The notes: generated by a model from the letters alone, not told the origin. A stretch of 64,000 nt of DNA from Lama guanicoe (GCA_013239625.1 MU053448.1:310001-374000); one strand, 5' to 3'. Shown: positions 1-15,239, counted from the stretch's first letter. Numbers and translations: made by a program.

Positions 1-1126
1 ATTCATAGCTCCTACATGTTTACTTGTCAACAAAAAAGTCCTCTAACAGCAATACCTTCATAACAGTAAAAGACAACAGAGATGCTTTGAGAATTTTTTC
101 AAAGCCATTTCACAGGCTAGTCAACTCAGCAAACGCTAGGCAGAGGGTCCTTCTGTGGGTGGGGGGAGGGAAAAGGAGTCACATGGGGGTCTGAAGGTAT
201 ATGTAGGAAAACGGGAGTATTTGTGCCTGCCACAGGGATCGGGGGCAGAGGCCAGCAGCCCTGGGATGTGCGGGGAGTTCCACACAGAAAATAATCACGT
301 TCTCACAACTTCTGAATGTTGCCTTGGACCGTTAAGTGGAAAATGTTTATAATCATCAGAGCATAGAACTTGTTTTATGTATAAAACAAGGTAATTGGCA
401 AGGATATAAAAACACTGAGTTTTTCAGAACCTCAAGAGACATTCTCCATTTCAGAGGGTCCCAATGCTGATGGCAAAGCCCCCAGTGTTTGAATCAGTAA
501 CAGGACACCTCCACCTCAGTCCGCTCGGCGCCCGCGGATCCCCAGCCACTCCACACACGGGGGGGTCTGCGGGCTTACTCTGTCTCCTGGAGCTGTGCCT
601 GGGCACTCTATTCATTCCAAAGCACTGACCCTGAGGCATTATGCTGACTGCTGTTTTGTGTAGAAGGAGGTTGTATTTTCCATGAATTTCGTTTCCAGGC
701 GTAAAGGGGGTGCTAGGAACTGGGCCTGACTGGGGTGGGAATAGCGTGGACTGTACCAGCAGTCCAGCAGGTGGTGGGGGTCCCCACTTCCCCCAGGGTA
801 AGGAAAAGGACTATGGAGCCCTGCTGGGGGGAGGATTCAGGAAGATGCTGCAGCTGAAAGCTTCCTGGGAGCCTGACCTATAGGCTGGGGAAGGGGTAGT
901 GCAGGGCAGATGGGCAAACATAAACCAGGGCTGGACTGTGTTTGGGGAGAATCGGAAGCAGCCTGAATGCTCATGTGCAGGCTTCATTTCAGGAAAAGCA
1001 GCTGGGTCTGAGTGGTTTTCTCTCATGGCAGGGAGGGGGCAGCAGTGTTCTGATTACACTTACAAAAAAAAAAAAAACTTATGTCCAAAATACATACAAA
1101 AGACATATATACACAGGAGTGGGGTC

Positions 1127-1195
1127 GGGGAGGGTATAGCTCAAGTTGTGGGGTGCATGCTTCACTCCCGGCTACCTCCTCTAAAAATAAAGAAG
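1127..1195 (+). mobile_element. vic-1-type camelid tRNA-derived SINE, internally deleted
   Basis: GGGGAGGGTATAGCTCAAG head and TACCTCCTCTAAAAATAAA tail; B-box region missing. Confidence 0.7.
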
Positions 1196-1239
1196 TACAC
1201 ACACACAAACATCTCTGTGGGGAACCTAAAGATAGATGA

Positions 1240-1779
<540 letters not shown>

Positions 1780-2406
1780 TTAATTTTAAAGTAAGAAATC
1801 GTTAAAGATGAAACCAGACTAGCTGACCTGTTTCTACTAACTGCAGATACTTTATTAAAGTTACATTTGCTTTAGAGTCACATTTATTTTCAATTTCATT
1901 TTAAGAGTAGAAAGATTAGGATTTATTGAAGTTGCTATTTCAATACAAACAGGATTTCCGTATCAATTCCGTGCATTGCCTGTACAGTTAATGATACTCT
2001 CAACTCTACCACTTTATTATATTATTCATTCTTTCAGTAGATATGAAATACACCAGAGTAGAAAAGTAAGTTTTATGATGAACCAAAAATAAAAATATTG
2101 CTTATTTTAAAATCAGTCTAAAAAACTAGGTTAAGTAGGAAAATAGGATAGAAAATTGTTACAATAATTACAAGTAATTCATGATCAAAACACTTAAGAG
2201 AAAATACACAAATAAGAAAAAAATCAAAATGCTAACAGTAATTGCACTATGGTGAAGGAGTATGTGTGATCAATTATTTTTCTCTTCTCTAGCACTGGGA
2301 ACTTTTAAAATGTGCTCACATTACTTCTTTAAAGCAAAAAAAAAAAGAAATTCCTCATAAAACATCTATAATCCTAACGTTGGGAATAATGTTTCTTATT
2401 TCCCTG

Positions 2407-3081
2407 TGAGACAGGAGGGAAGGGGGCAGGGCACAAACATAGAAAGAATGACACAGCAATTGAGGATAGGACAGAAACTGATTAGAACCAAGACGGCGGG
2501 AGATTTAACTCCCAGTAGACTTGGAGGCCCGGGATGGCAGGAGGTTTGACTTCCAGTAGACCCTGAACCTCATTATACACTGATTGTAATGTATTAGGTA
2601 AATGACACTCCCACAGGTGCCATGACAGTTCCAAGGCTGGCCATAAAAGGTCAAAAAGTGGGCAGCAGCCCAATTCTTGAGAATCCCCAACTCTTCCCCA
2701 AAGTAGTTGGAAATAATCCTCCCACTTGTTAGCATATGAAATTACTGAGCCCATAAAACTAACAACCCCACACTTCTTGGCCGATCTCACGTTCCTAGAC
2801 GATCCCCTGCTGTGAAGCTCTCACCTCTCAAGATGGCCAGTGTTCTGCGTATGGAATGTGTGTCTCCTAAGATTCTCGCGCTCTCTTGCCTTCGGAGACA
2901 GCCCACACTCCACTGATGGAGTGTGCACTTTTCTGAATAAATCTACTTTTACTCAACTGTAGCTCACTCTTGAATTCTTTCCTGGATGAAGCCAAGAACC
3001 CTCACTTGGTGGGGCATGTCCCAGGGGTTCAACCAAGACTTGGGACATGGCCACTCTCTTGTGCCCCATTTTCCTGCAACA
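2407..3081 (+). mobile_element. Solo LTR, ERV1-like
   Basis: TG...CA termini, AATAAA at ~2936, near-identical 4-bp flanks CCTG/CTTG; homologous to copies at 43603 and 53074. Confidence 0.8.
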
Positions 3082-3526
3082 CTTGTGTAAATCAGTATAT
3101 GATTTGAATTGGAAAACCTGGGCTTTTTCTAAATCATGGGATTGATGATTGTCACTTAGCTTCCATCTTCCCCTTATGCCGCTCTGTGTCCCTCCCCAAG
3201 GAGACTCAGCAGTGTAGTTGGGAAAATACGCAACATCACCAAAAGAAACCACATAGGACATATGAATACACAACTGGATCTTAAACTGAGGGGCTCCACA
3301 CAGTTGGATTAAGAGATGCAAACCAGAGGAATGGAAGGCTTGATGAGCGAGAGGTGGCCTGGAGTCAGCCTGGGATGAGGGGCGGGCCTGTGCCAAGGGT
3401 GGAAGCAGCTGCCACGCATGAAAGAAAGGAGCAGGAACATACTGGCCATAAGGTCAACTCATCTCCTACTCCACTCTTAGTCTTATACCGGAGTACAAAT
3501 TAAGCAGTACTGATATGAAATAGAGT

Positions 3527-4105
3527 GTTTAACAGAAAATTTGAGGGATAGTCAGGCTGACAGGTCAGGAATCAACTGCCATTGAAAAAAACAGTTTATT
3601 ACTCACAGTTTCCAAGATGAGGGGGTCACAGCACCCCAGGCAGGACCACATGGGGAAGGAAGCACCGGGACTGGTCAGGAGGCAAGGGGTTGGGGTTGGG
3701 GGGGAGACTGTGGCAAGAGCCTTTATTGTGGTTTCTGTGGGAAGGAATGTGTGAGGCAGGCTGAGCAGCTTGGGACTGACTAATGTGAATAATCAGGGGG
3801 CTCTTGGGCACAGGGGCGGTCCCTAGCTGTCTGTCACCTGGTCCTGGGGACATGAGGGCAGGAGAGTGATAGTCCAATAAAGAAGGTGGTTGGAGCGTGG
3901 GCTCTGGATCTCGGTGGGTTTAGATTTGAAACTCATGCCCGAGCAGGGGAAGACCTCCTCCTAAGGAAGGGAGAAGGGGCCAAGGGACACAGGAACCAAG
4001 GTAAGGGGGCTCAGGCACCTTATTGGACTGTCCAGATCAAGGCACATGCGCCACATGCATGTAGGGCAGATGTTAGAGCGTCAGTTTAGAGATGCTAGAA
4101 ACACA
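3527..4105 (-). mobile_element. MER21-like LTR
   Basis: Resembles the MER21 family by recall (AACTGCCATTGAAAA..AGTTTATTACTCACAGTTTCCAAG; GCCTTTATTGTGGTTTCTGTGGGAAGGAA). Confidence 0.65.
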
Positions 4106-4409
4106 GTCAGTAAAGCACCGTGTCATTTAAGGACACACCTAGAAAGGATCTGGGCAACAGCTCCCTTCTGAGTGTGCCCCTCGTGGGGAACCAGTCTTCG
4201 CTTCCCCTCTGTGCTTATGAATGGACAACCCCACAGTGGCCAGAATGGGGGCATCCACCTAATAGGCGCCTCCCCCAGGAGGAAATCTCCAACTGTCTAG
4301 GCTCAAAATCTTTCTCCCCTTGCTCTTCCTGGGCTGCAGTAACTAGAGCTTGCTACGTTCTGAGCTGAGATTCAATGAAAAGCATACAAGAGCTCTTTGA
4401 CTTAAATCA

Positions 4410-4625
4410 GAAGTCAACAGACTAATGGTTGAAAGCTCAATCCAGCCCTCCACCTGTTTTTGTAAACAACATCTTACTGTCTCATAGTCATGTCCACACA
4501 GTTAGTCTGGTCTGTGGCTACCTTCCACCATGATGGCAGAGGCCAGCAGCTGCAACAGGGGTCATACGGCCCACAAAGCCTAAAATATTTACCATCTGGC
4601 CCTTTACAGAAAAAGCCGGCCACCT
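4410..4625. mobile_element. MER58-like hAT-Charlie DNA transposon fossil
   Basis: GGCCCACAAAGCCTAAAATATTTACCATCTGGCCCTTTACAGAAAAAG is characteristic of MER58. Confidence 0.75.
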
Positions 4626-4914
4626 CGTAAGTTAAATGATCTGCAAACCTAATCACACACCTACCTGGAGAGCTGGCCTGAGGTGGAGGCACAAATTACA
4701 GGTTGGCACCAGAGCCACAACACCACAGAGGAGCAGCGACCCCACTGGTGGGGCTGGGACGTGGGCGGGGCTGGGAGGGTGGAGTGAGGAGCAATGAGGT
4801 AAAGAAAAGGTAACGGAAAGGGGGGGAAAGAAACTTAAAGTCAAGAGAGTCAATAAACTCTTATTAAATTGACAGTGATAGGAAACAAACAGAGTGTGCT
4901 GCAGAAATGACAGC

Positions 4915-5425
4915 AGGGTCTTGAAGAGAAATTTGTACACTCATGTTCATAGCAGCACTATTCATAGCAGCTAAATGTGGAGGCAACTTAAGTATTCACT
5001 GATGGATGAATGAACAAGCAAAATATGATATATACACTCAATGGAATACCACTGCGCCTAAAAATAGGAAATCCCAGCACACACCACAACATGGATGAAC
5101 CTGGAAGATACTATGCTAAGTGAAACAATCCAGTCATAAAAGACATATACTGTATGATTCCTCTTACGTGAGGCCCCTTGAGCAGTCAGATTCACAGAGA
5201 CAGAAAGCAGAATTATGGTTGCCAGGGGCTGGGGAGGGGCAAGGGGGAGGCAGTGTTTTTAATGGATGTAAGGTTTCACTTTTACAATACAAAAGGAGCA
5301 GTGGAGATAAATGGTGTTGGAGATCACACAATACTATGAATGCATTTGATACCACTGAACTGTACACTTACAGGTGGTTAAGATGATCAATTTTGTCATG
5401 TGTATTTTACACAATAAAAAAAAAA
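4915..5425 (+). mobile_element. Old L1 (L1MA/MB) 3' end
   Basis: ORF2 C-terminal motif (ATGTTCATAGCAGCACTATTCA...), 3'UTR, ends CAATAAA plus A-run. Confidence 0.8.
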
Positions 5426-6664
5426 CTGGGGGGAAAAAAAAACATGCAGCAGCTAGGGCGGGAAAGTGCTCACACCCCGGTAGGGGTGGCCACGGAGGAA
5501 ATTTAGACTGTCAAAAGGAAACACACACCAGGGAAAGATTCACTAAAGGACAAAAAACGCTGCGGAGTTAGGGATTTGGGTTTAGGAAAACTCAAGGATT
5601 GACTAGCTTGACTGGATACTTTATTATATATCAAGTGCTGTCACATAAAATCAAATCAACTTTTTAAGAAAGCAACTTAATCAGGACAGTTTACTTGCCA
5701 AAGCTGTGATATTTTATAGTGAAAAAATGAGTGCTAGTTTCATAGGTAAAAGTCAAGACTTTTTTTAAACGTTAAAAGTGCACATAAACATATTGTTCTT
5801 AAGTGACATAAAAGGCAAATCTGTTAGAGTACACTCACTTTCTGCTTGCATATTTATTTGGGACAAGGAATGAATCTATGTATCTACATGATTCAGACGG
5901 TATTTTCTAAAACAGATCTTTGAAGAAATTGATGCTGCATTTCCAAGACAGTGGTAGCTACAAACCTTTTTCAAGTCATAGCATTAATAATTACTTAGTA
6001 AATATATCGCTAGAAGGTTACTAAAGAAAAACCAAAGGAGAAGTCTTTCAAATGATTTCTACTTTTCTTCTCCTGGACGATGGACAGTACTCTGTGTCAT
6101 ACTGAATGAGTACCAAATATCAAAACACTGTCTTGGTCTTGCTTGCCCAGATTTTACTGTAAACAATGATGTAACATAAATGGTAATTTGAAATCAAAAA
6201 ACGACAAAAATCCCTGCACACTACCAAGCACCTCCTTCCATTCCAAGCCTCTCCTCACCTCTGTCCAGGTCCACGTGTTTCTCCCTGAGCCCACCAGGGG
6301 CTGCACTATACTGTCTGTCCCCTCATCCACCCGAACGCCCAGGAAGTTTACTGTATCTGTCCTGTGAGAAGTGTGAGTGCAGCTGGGGCACATGGAGCCC
6401 AATAAATGAACTTTTGTTTCTTTCATTTATTAAGCCATTCAAATATGCTATAAAACAGTATTTTCCTTTGATGATTCAATATTGTTTGACACTTATATTG
6501 GTACACAAAGCTATAATAAACATTTTTTCCCTAATCATTTTCTATGATTAAATTTCTAAGTGCAAGACTCTCACTTTAAGATCGAGAACACCTGGAAGAT
6601 GCCAAACACTCACTGTCATTCCATCTTCTGAAAACCTGTACTAGTTTGAAATGGACATCGTTCT

Positions 6665-7410
6665 ATTTTCTTTCTTTCTTTTTAACAGCCTTTTTGAGAT
6701 ACAGTCCACATACCACAAATGTATGTGTACATCTAAAGTGTGCATGCAGGTGTATACATCTATCAAAATCCATCAAAGTGGTACATCTGAAAGATGTGTA
6801 GTTCACTGTACAGGAATCAAACCACAACAAAGGTGTTAAAAATAAAGTGTGCATTCAGTGGTTTAGTATATTCGCAGAACTGTGCATCCATCACCATCAC
6901 CAATTTGAGAACATTTCTATTACACCAACAGAAACTCATTATCACCCTTAGACATCACTCACCAACATCCTGCATGCCCCATTCCGAAGCAACCATGAAT
7001 CCATGTTGTCTATATATAGCTGCCTATTTAGGACATTTCATATAAATGGAATTATACAATATACGGTCCTTTGTGAGTGGCTCCTTTCACATAAAATAAT
7101 GTTTTCAAGGTTCAGACTATGTTGTAATATATATGTTTATTCCACTTGTTTTGTTTTCTAATAATATTCCATTGGACGGACACTACCATTTATTATATGT
7201 TACATAATATTATATATGATGTAACCATTATATGTTATATAGTATATGTCCATCAGTTGATGGACATTTGGTTTGTTTTCACTGTTTGTCTGTTGTGAAC
7301 AGGCTACCATGGACATTTCTGTCCAAGTCCTTGTTTGAGCAGATGTTTTCATTTCTCTTGGTTACATACTAACAGCAGGTTTTCTAGGACATACAGTAAC
7401 TCTGCCATAT
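6665..7410 (-). mobile_element. Old L1 3' end fragments
   Basis: GGACATTTCATATAAATGGAAT..TTTCAAGGTTCA..GATGGACATTTGG L1MB-type motifs. Confidence 0.7.
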
Positions 7411-7414
7411 AATT

Positions 7415-10400
7415 TGGCTATTAACCCCTTACCAAATCTATGACTTGTAAATATTTTCTCCCATTCTATAAATTCCCTTTGTATTTTGTTCATTTCCATT
7501 GCTGTGCAGAATTTTTAGTTTGATATAGTCCAACTTACTTAATTTTGCTTGTGTTGTTTTTGCTTTTGATGTCAGATCCAAAAACTCATTGCCAAGACCA
7601 ATACCAAGAAGCTTACTTCTGTTTTCCTTCTAGGAGTTTTATAGTTTCAGGTCTTACGTGTAAGTCTTTAATCTGTTCTGAGTTGGTTTTGTGTATGATG
7701 TAAGACAGTGATCCAATTTCACATCCATAGATCCAATGGTCACATGTAAAAGAATGTCCAGTTCTCCCAACACCATTTATGTTTATCCTTTCTCTATTGT
7801 ATATTCTTGACATTTTTGTCTTAAATTAATTGATCATATATGTATGGGTTTGTTCCTGGGTTCTTTATTCTGTTCAATTGATCTATGCGTCTGTTTTTAT
7901 GCCAATACCATACTGTTTTGATTACTATAGTCTGTAATATAATTTGAGGTCAGGAAGCGCGATGCCTCCAGTTTTGTTCTTTTTTCTCAGTATTGCTTTG
8001 GCTATCTTTGTCTTCTGTGGATCCAAACAATTTTTAGGACTGTTTGTTCTATTTCTGTGAAAAATGTCATTGGTTCTTGATAGGGGTTGCACTGAATCAG
8101 TGGACTGCTTTTAGCAGTATGGACATTTTAACGTTATTTCTTCCAATCCATGACATGGAGTATCTTTGCACTTACCTGTGTCTTCTTCAATTTCTTTCAT
8201 CAGTGCCTTAACAGTTTTCAGTATACAGGTTTTTGGCCTTCTTGGTTAAATTAATTCTTAGGTATTTTATCCTTTTTGATGCAATTGTAAATGGCACTGT
8301 TTCCTTAATTTCTTATAGTTCATTCTTAGTGTGTAGAAACACAACTGATTTTTGTACATTGATTTTGTATCTTGCAACTTCAGTGAATTCATTTATTAGT
8401 TCTAACAGCGTTTTTTTGGAGTCTTTAGGATATTCTATAATATAAATATGCCATCTGCAAATAGAGACAGTTTTACTTCTTCCCTTTCCATTTAGATACT
8501 TATTATTACCTTTTCTTGCCTTATTCTGGCTAGGACTTCCAGTACTATGTTGAATTAAAGTGGCAAGACTGGGCATCCTTGTCTTATTCCTGATCTTAGA
8601 GAAACAGCTTTGGGCTTTTCACTGTTAAGTATGAACACAGCTTTGGGATTGTCATATATGACTTCGATTATGTTGAGGTATGCTCCCTCTGCACCTAGTT
8701 TGTTGAGAGTTTTTATCAAGAATGGATACTGAATTTTGTCAAATGCTTTTTCTGCCTCTATTGAGATGATCATATGATGTTTATACTTCATCTTGTTAAT
8801 ACGGTGCATCACATCGGTTGATTTGGATGTGGATGTTGAACCATCCTTGCATCCCTAGAAGAAATCTCACTTGATCATGGTATACAATTTTCTAGTGCAT
8901 TGTTAAATTTGACTTGCTAATATTTTATTGAGGATCTTTATATCAATATTAATCAGTTATACTGGTAAGCAATTTCCCTTTTCTGTAGTGCCTCTGTCTG
9001 GTTTGGGTATAACGGTAATGCTGACCTTATAAAATGTTGGAAGTGTTCCCTCCTCTTTTTTTGGAAAGAATCTTCTTTAAATGTTAGATAGAATTCACCT
9101 GTGAAATCATCTGTTCCTGGACTTTTCTCTGTTGGGATGTTTTTAATTAATGATTCAATCTCTTTACTAATAATTAGTCTATTTAGATTTTCTATTTCTT
9201 CATGATTCAGACTTTGGTAGGTTGCATGTTTCTAGGAATTTATTGTTTTTTAGTAGGTTGTCCAACTTGTTGATGTGTAATTGTTCACAGTAGTCTCCTG
9301 TGATCCTTCCTGTGTCTGTGGTTCAGTTGTAATATCTCCTCTTTTATTTCTGATTTTATTGGAGTCTTCTCCCTTTTTCCTTCAATAGTCTAGCCAAAAG
9401 CTTGTCAATTTTATCTCATTTTAAAAAGCAGCTCTTAGTTTTGTTAATCTTCCCTATTGTTTTTGGACATCATTTCATCTACTTCTTTTCTGCTTTTTAT
9501 TTCCTTCTTCCTGCCTACATTGGGGATAGTTATCTTTTTCACTAGTTCCCACCTTCCTAGAGGTGAAAAATTAGGCTGTTTGAGGTCTTTTTTCTTAATA
9601 GACATTTATTGCTGTAAACTTCCCTCTTAGATCTCCTTTCGCAGCATCCCGTGGGTTTTGATATGTTATGTTTCCATTTTCATTTGTTTCAAGATACTTT
9701 CTGATATCCCATTTGATTTCTTCTCTGACACACTGGTTGTTCAGGGGTTTTTATCTACTATCCACATTTGTCAATTTTCCAACTTTCCTTCTGTTAATGA
9801 TTTGTAGTTTCATAATACTGTGATCAGAAAAGATATTGGGTATGATTTCAATCTTTTTAAATTTGCTAAGACTTATTTGTGACCTATCATATGATTGATA
9901 CTGGAAAATGCTTCCTGCGCACTTGTGCAGAATGTATTCTGTGCTGCTGTTGGATACGATGTTCCCTATATGTCTGTTCAGGTCCATTTGAGCTAAAGTA
10001 GGGTTCACGCTCAACGTTTCCTTGTTGACTTTCCATACAGATGATCTATTCATTGTTGAAAGTGGGGTACTGAAGTTCCCTACCATTATTGTATTGCTGT
10101 CTCTCTCTTCCTTCAGATTGGTTAGTATCTGCTTAATATATTTAGGTGCTCTGATGCTGGGTGCAAATATATCTGTGATTGTTATTTTTTTGATGAACTG
10201 ACCACTTTACTTAATGATCTTTTTTGTTCTTTGTTACTGTTTTCAGGTTAAAGTCTATTTTGTCAGATATAAGTATAGCTACTCCTGCTCTCTTTTGATT
10301 TCCACTTGCATGAAAGATATTTTTCCATCCCTCACTTTGATCCTTTGTGTTTCCTTGAAGCTGAAGTGAGTCTCTTGTGAGCAGTATATAGCAGAATCAT

Positions 10401-11400
10401 GTTTTTTAAATCCACCTAGCCACTCTATATGTTTTGATTGGAGAATTTAATCTACTAATATTCAGAGTAATTATTGATAGGTAGGGACTTATTAATGCCA
10501 TTTCATTAACTGTTTTCTGGCTTACTTGAGGAGTTCCCTTGTACCTTTCCTTCTCTTATGCTGCCTTCCTTTGTGAGCTGACAATTTGCCGCAGTGGTAT
10601 GCTTTGATTCCCTTCTCTTTTTTGTTTGTGAATCTACTGAAGGTTTTGTTGTGTGGCTACCATGAGGTTTACATTAAAATATCTTAGAGATAGAAGTCTT
10701 TTTTACATTGATAACAGTTTAACTTCTTTTGCACACAGAGCTCTAACCTTTTACTCCCTCCTTTTAATGTTAGTGTGGTTCCCAGGCTCCCCAAGGACAG
10801 GAGAGGGGAGTGGGGGAAAGGGGCAAGGAGGGACTCGGGCTGCTGGCACCAGTGACGGTAAACACCTGTGGGGCAAAAGCTGGTGAAATATGCAGGGGTC
10901 CATGGTGGTCATGCTGGCTGTTAGTTTCTTCAGTAGTGAAATCTGCTGAGTTCTTCTGCAGAGGTCCCTGTGAACCACAATCACTCCCCCCGTGTGGCTG
11001 TCACCAGTATCTCCCGCTCTTCTTCCACATTCCTAGCCACCTGAACACACGTCAGTGTTGCCAGCCTGGGTGGGACCCCCGTGTGATGGTCTGAAAGCCT
11101 GAGGAAACTGGTGCTCACTCCACTCTTCCTTTCCGCGCCAGGGGAGCCCTTCCTACCTAGGAAGTTCCCTCATGGCACGAAGCAGCGTCAGCTCAGGGGA
11201 TGGGGTAACACTGCCAAAAGGACACTGTCTTCCTTCTTTTCCTGTGCAGTTATTCTCAGATTTTTGGTTCCACTGAACCACTAAATCTTCTTAAGTGGAC
11301 TTCAGACCTCTCCCAGAGCTGTTTTTATTCATGGATAGTTGATTTTTGCAGGGAGATGGAAGCTGAGTTTTCCTACATCACCATTTTGGGGATGTCACCT
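7415..11400 (-). mobile_element. Degraded L1 (ORF2 RT/EN remnants through a 5' region)
   Basis: Minus-strand ORF fragments match L1 ORF2 ([54 protein letters not shown]); many stops and frameshifts. Confidence 0.9.
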
Positions 11401-11409
11401 CCCCATCCC

Positions 11410-14080
11410 CAAATTCTCATTTTCTTGATAGCATTCTTTGAAGGACAAAAGTTTCTAATTTTTATGATGCCCAATTTATCTATTTCTTTTGTTGCTTGTA
11501 CTTTAAGAAACCATTGCCTAATCCAAGGTCACAAAGATTTATACCTGTTTTCTTCTAAGAGTTCTACAGTTTAAACTTTTAAATTTACACCATTGTCCAT
11601 TTTGAGTTAATTTTTCTACACAGCATGAGGTGGGAACACAAATTCATTTATTTGCATGTGGGTATCTAGTTGACTCAGCACCATTTATTGAAAAGACAGT
11701 TGTCTCCCCACTGTATTGTCTTGGAATCATTGGCAAAAATCAGTGACTATAAATGTTTAGGCTTGTTTCTGGAACCTCAATTTTATTCTATTCATCTACA
11801 TGTCTATCCTTATCCCAGTACACCATTTTGAAGTAGTTTTGTAGTGTACTGTAGTTCTGTAAAAAGTTTTGAAATCGGGACGTATGAGTCCTCCAACTCT
11901 CTTCTTATTTATCAAGATTGTTTCACCTGTCACGGGTCCCTCGCATTTCTGTATGAATTTTAGGGATAGCCTGTCAATTTCTGCAACTAAGTCAGCTGAG
12001 ATTTTGACAGACATTGCATTGAATCTGTAGGCGAATTTGGGGAGCATTCCCATCTTACTAGTATTAATTTTTCTTACCTAAGAAAATGGGCCATTTATTT
12101 AGGTCTTCTTTGATTTCTTTCAAGAATACTTTTGTAGGTTTCAGAGTACAGGGTTTGCACTTCGTTAAATTTATTCCTAAGTTTTCTGTTCATTTGATAC
12201 TACTGTATATGAAATTGTTTTCTTAATTTCATTTTTTGGCTTGCTCCCTGCTACTGTATACAAATACAATTGATTTTTGTATATTGGTCTTATATCCAGC
12301 AACCTTACTAAACTCATTATTAGTTCTAACAGTTTCTCAGTGGATTCCTTAGAATTTTCTATATACATGATCATGTCCTCTTTAACAATGGTAGTTCGAT
12401 TTCTTCCCTTCCAGTCTGGATGCCTTTTAATTCTTTTGCTTGACTATTTAATTCATTTGCTTGTACCTCCAGTACAACGTTGAATAAAGTGGCAAAAGTG
12501 GCCATCCTGTCTTGTTCATATTAGGGAGAAAGTGTCTAGTCATTAACCAATAAATATGTTAGCTAAGGCTTTCTCATAGAGGTCCTTTGTAAGATTAGGA
12601 AGCTGTCTTCTATTCTTAGCATACTGATTATTTTCATCATGAAGCAATGTTGAATTTTATAAAATAACTGTTCTGTGTCTACTGAGATACGGTGTTTATC
12701 CTTTATTCTACTGATGTGCTGTATCACATTAATTTACTTTTAATGTTAAAGACACCTTAAATTCCTAAGATAAATCCCACTTAGATGGATATAACCCTTT
12801 TTTACATATTGCTGGATTCACTTAGAGTATTTTGTTGATGACTTATCCATTTATATTCGTAAGATAATTGGTCTGTTGTCTTCCTGTGCTGTGCTTGATT
12901 TTGTTACCAGGGTAACACTGCCCTCACAGAGTAAGTTGAAAAGGAGTTAATTCTTCTTTTGTAGAATTAATCACTGAAACCGAGCTGTACCTGAGCTCTT
13001 CCCTGATGAAATTTTTTGATTACTAATTCCATCTCTTCTTATAGGTCTTTTCAGATTTTCTATTTCTTCTTGAAACAGTTTTGGTAGTTTGTGTCTTTCT
13101 AAGAATCTGTCCATTTCACTTACATTATCTAAGTTGTTGGCATACAGTTGATAATATTTGCTTATAATTCTTTTCATTTCTGTACAGTTGGTAATAATAC
13201 TCCCTTTCATTTTTAATTGCAGTATTTTAAGTCTTCCCTCTTTTTGCTTTTCAGTCTAGCTAAATAAACTCATATCAATTTTGATGATCTTTTCAAAGGA
13301 CTAACTTTGGTTTTATTGATTTCTCTATTGTTTCTCTGTTCTCTGTTTCATTTATTTACACCCTAATCTTAATTATTTTCTTTCTTCTATTTGCTTTGGG
13401 TTTACTTTGCTTTAGCTGAATCCTATAAGCTTTGGTATGTTGTCTCTTCATTTTCATCCATCTCAATGTATTTTCTAATTTTCCTGGTGATTTCTTTTTT
13501 GATCCATTGATCATTTAGTAGTGAGTTATTTAATTCACATATTTGTGAATTTCACAGACTTCACTGATTTCTCTTTCTAATTTCATTCCACTGTTGTCAA
13601 AGAATTATTTCAATCCTCTCAATTTTACTGATGATTCCTTTATGGCCTTCCACACGGTCTAATCTGAAGGATGTTCCACGTACACTTAGGGAGAATGTGA
13701 ACTCTGTCGTTGCTGGGTGGAGTGTTCTATCGATGTCTCTCCTAGTTGGTTTATAGTGTCATTCAAGTCTTCCATTTTCTTCTTGATCATTTGTCTAGCT
13801 TTTCTATCCATTACTGAAAGTGGGTTATTGAAGGCCTTGACTATTGTTGCTGAATTTTCTATTTCTCTATTCTGTCAGGTTTTCTTTTATATATTTCAGA
13901 GCTCTGAAATGCTTTTTTCCACTATACTTTTTCTGAGTTATTTCCATTGTGGTTTCTCCAAGGCTTATCAGAATACACTTCAAACTGATACTAACTTATC
14001 TCCAGTGCGATATAATAATGTTACTCTTATATAGCTCTATTTCCTCTTCCTCATGTTTGTGTACATATATATGATGTTTA
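11410..14080 (-). mobile_element. Second degraded L1 ORF2 segment
   Basis: MIMYIENSKESTEKLLELI, MLPKFAYRFNA, YQLYANNLDNVSEMDRFLE fragments. Confidence 0.88.
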
Positions 14081-14829
14081 TTATATATCTTTGCTTATGT
14101 GCATTTTATTGAAAATGAGGTTTAACATTAGTGGAATAAACTTATTTTCCTATGCATAAAGTGGTACTTTCTACTCTTTATCATTTTCTCTATTGCGATT
14201 TTCATATTATTCTGGTCAATTTAAGAACTTCTTTATATCATCACTTTAATTATTGTCATATTTGGTTGAAATCTTTTCTCCATTCTACTTAATTTATCTT
14301 TTACTGTAGAAAATTAACATTTTCATTGTTATTGCTTCAAACTTTTGAAACTTCTTATCCTAAGATTTGAAACATATTGTAAGAGTTTTCTTATTCATAG
14401 GCCATAAACTCTGGGAACATAGCTAAACTTTTTTTTCCTTCTCTTTTACAGATTAAATCTTTACATCATTTACTCTCGGTTGTGCTAGAGACGTGGGTTT
14501 TTTCAGTGAAAATCAGAGATGGAAAGTCTCAGTGGCCACATGCCCCAGATGTTCAGGCAGGTGCTGATGGAGATGCTGGTCGATACCCTGGGTTCACTGC
14601 AGTTTTACACAGCACACTTCGCACTGCTGAGTGGGACAACACACCTAGGCATATCACACAATGCCATCACACAGGTCAGGCACCAAATGTGGCATCAACA
14701 AGCCATTCAATGTTGTTGTTTCTGTTTTCACACTCAATGGACATCCTGTATATAATGCCTAATTCACTTAGATCGTATTCTGAAGATGCTATCATTAGGA
14801 TTTAAACTGATGTTCTATTTATTTTTTTT

Positions 14830-15115
14830 TAATCTAGAGAGATGTCAACTAAATGCAGCTCCTGATACTAGACTGGATCTTGAACTAGAAGGAATAGTAA
14901 TGGTATAAAGGATAATGGTATAGACTAATGGTATAATGGGTCAATTAACAAGATTGGAATAGGGAAGGAAGATTAGATATATTTATTATAGCAATGCTAA
15001 ATTTGTCAAAATTTGTTAAAATGTTCTATGTCAAAATTGACACTATTGTTATAAAGAGGATGTCCCTAGTCTTAGAAATACAAGTCAAAGTCTTTAAGAG
15101 TGAAGAATCATGACA
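14830..15115 (+). mobile_element. L1MC-type 3' end fragment
   Basis: GAGATGTCAACTAAATGCA..ACTGGATCTTGAACTAGAA..GATGTCCCTAGTCTTAGAAATACA. Confidence 0.6.
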
Positions 15116-15116
15116 G

Positions 15117-15152
15117 ATATATATATATATATACAGAGAGAGAGAGAGAGAG
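15117..15152. repeat. (AT)n(AG)n compound microsatellite
   Basis: Direct reading. Confidence 0.9.
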
Positions 15153-15239
15153 CAAGATCTACACATATAAATATAACTACTCTCATATGGATCAAAAAAA
15201 AACTCCAAAAAACAAAACAAATACCACACTCATAATAAA

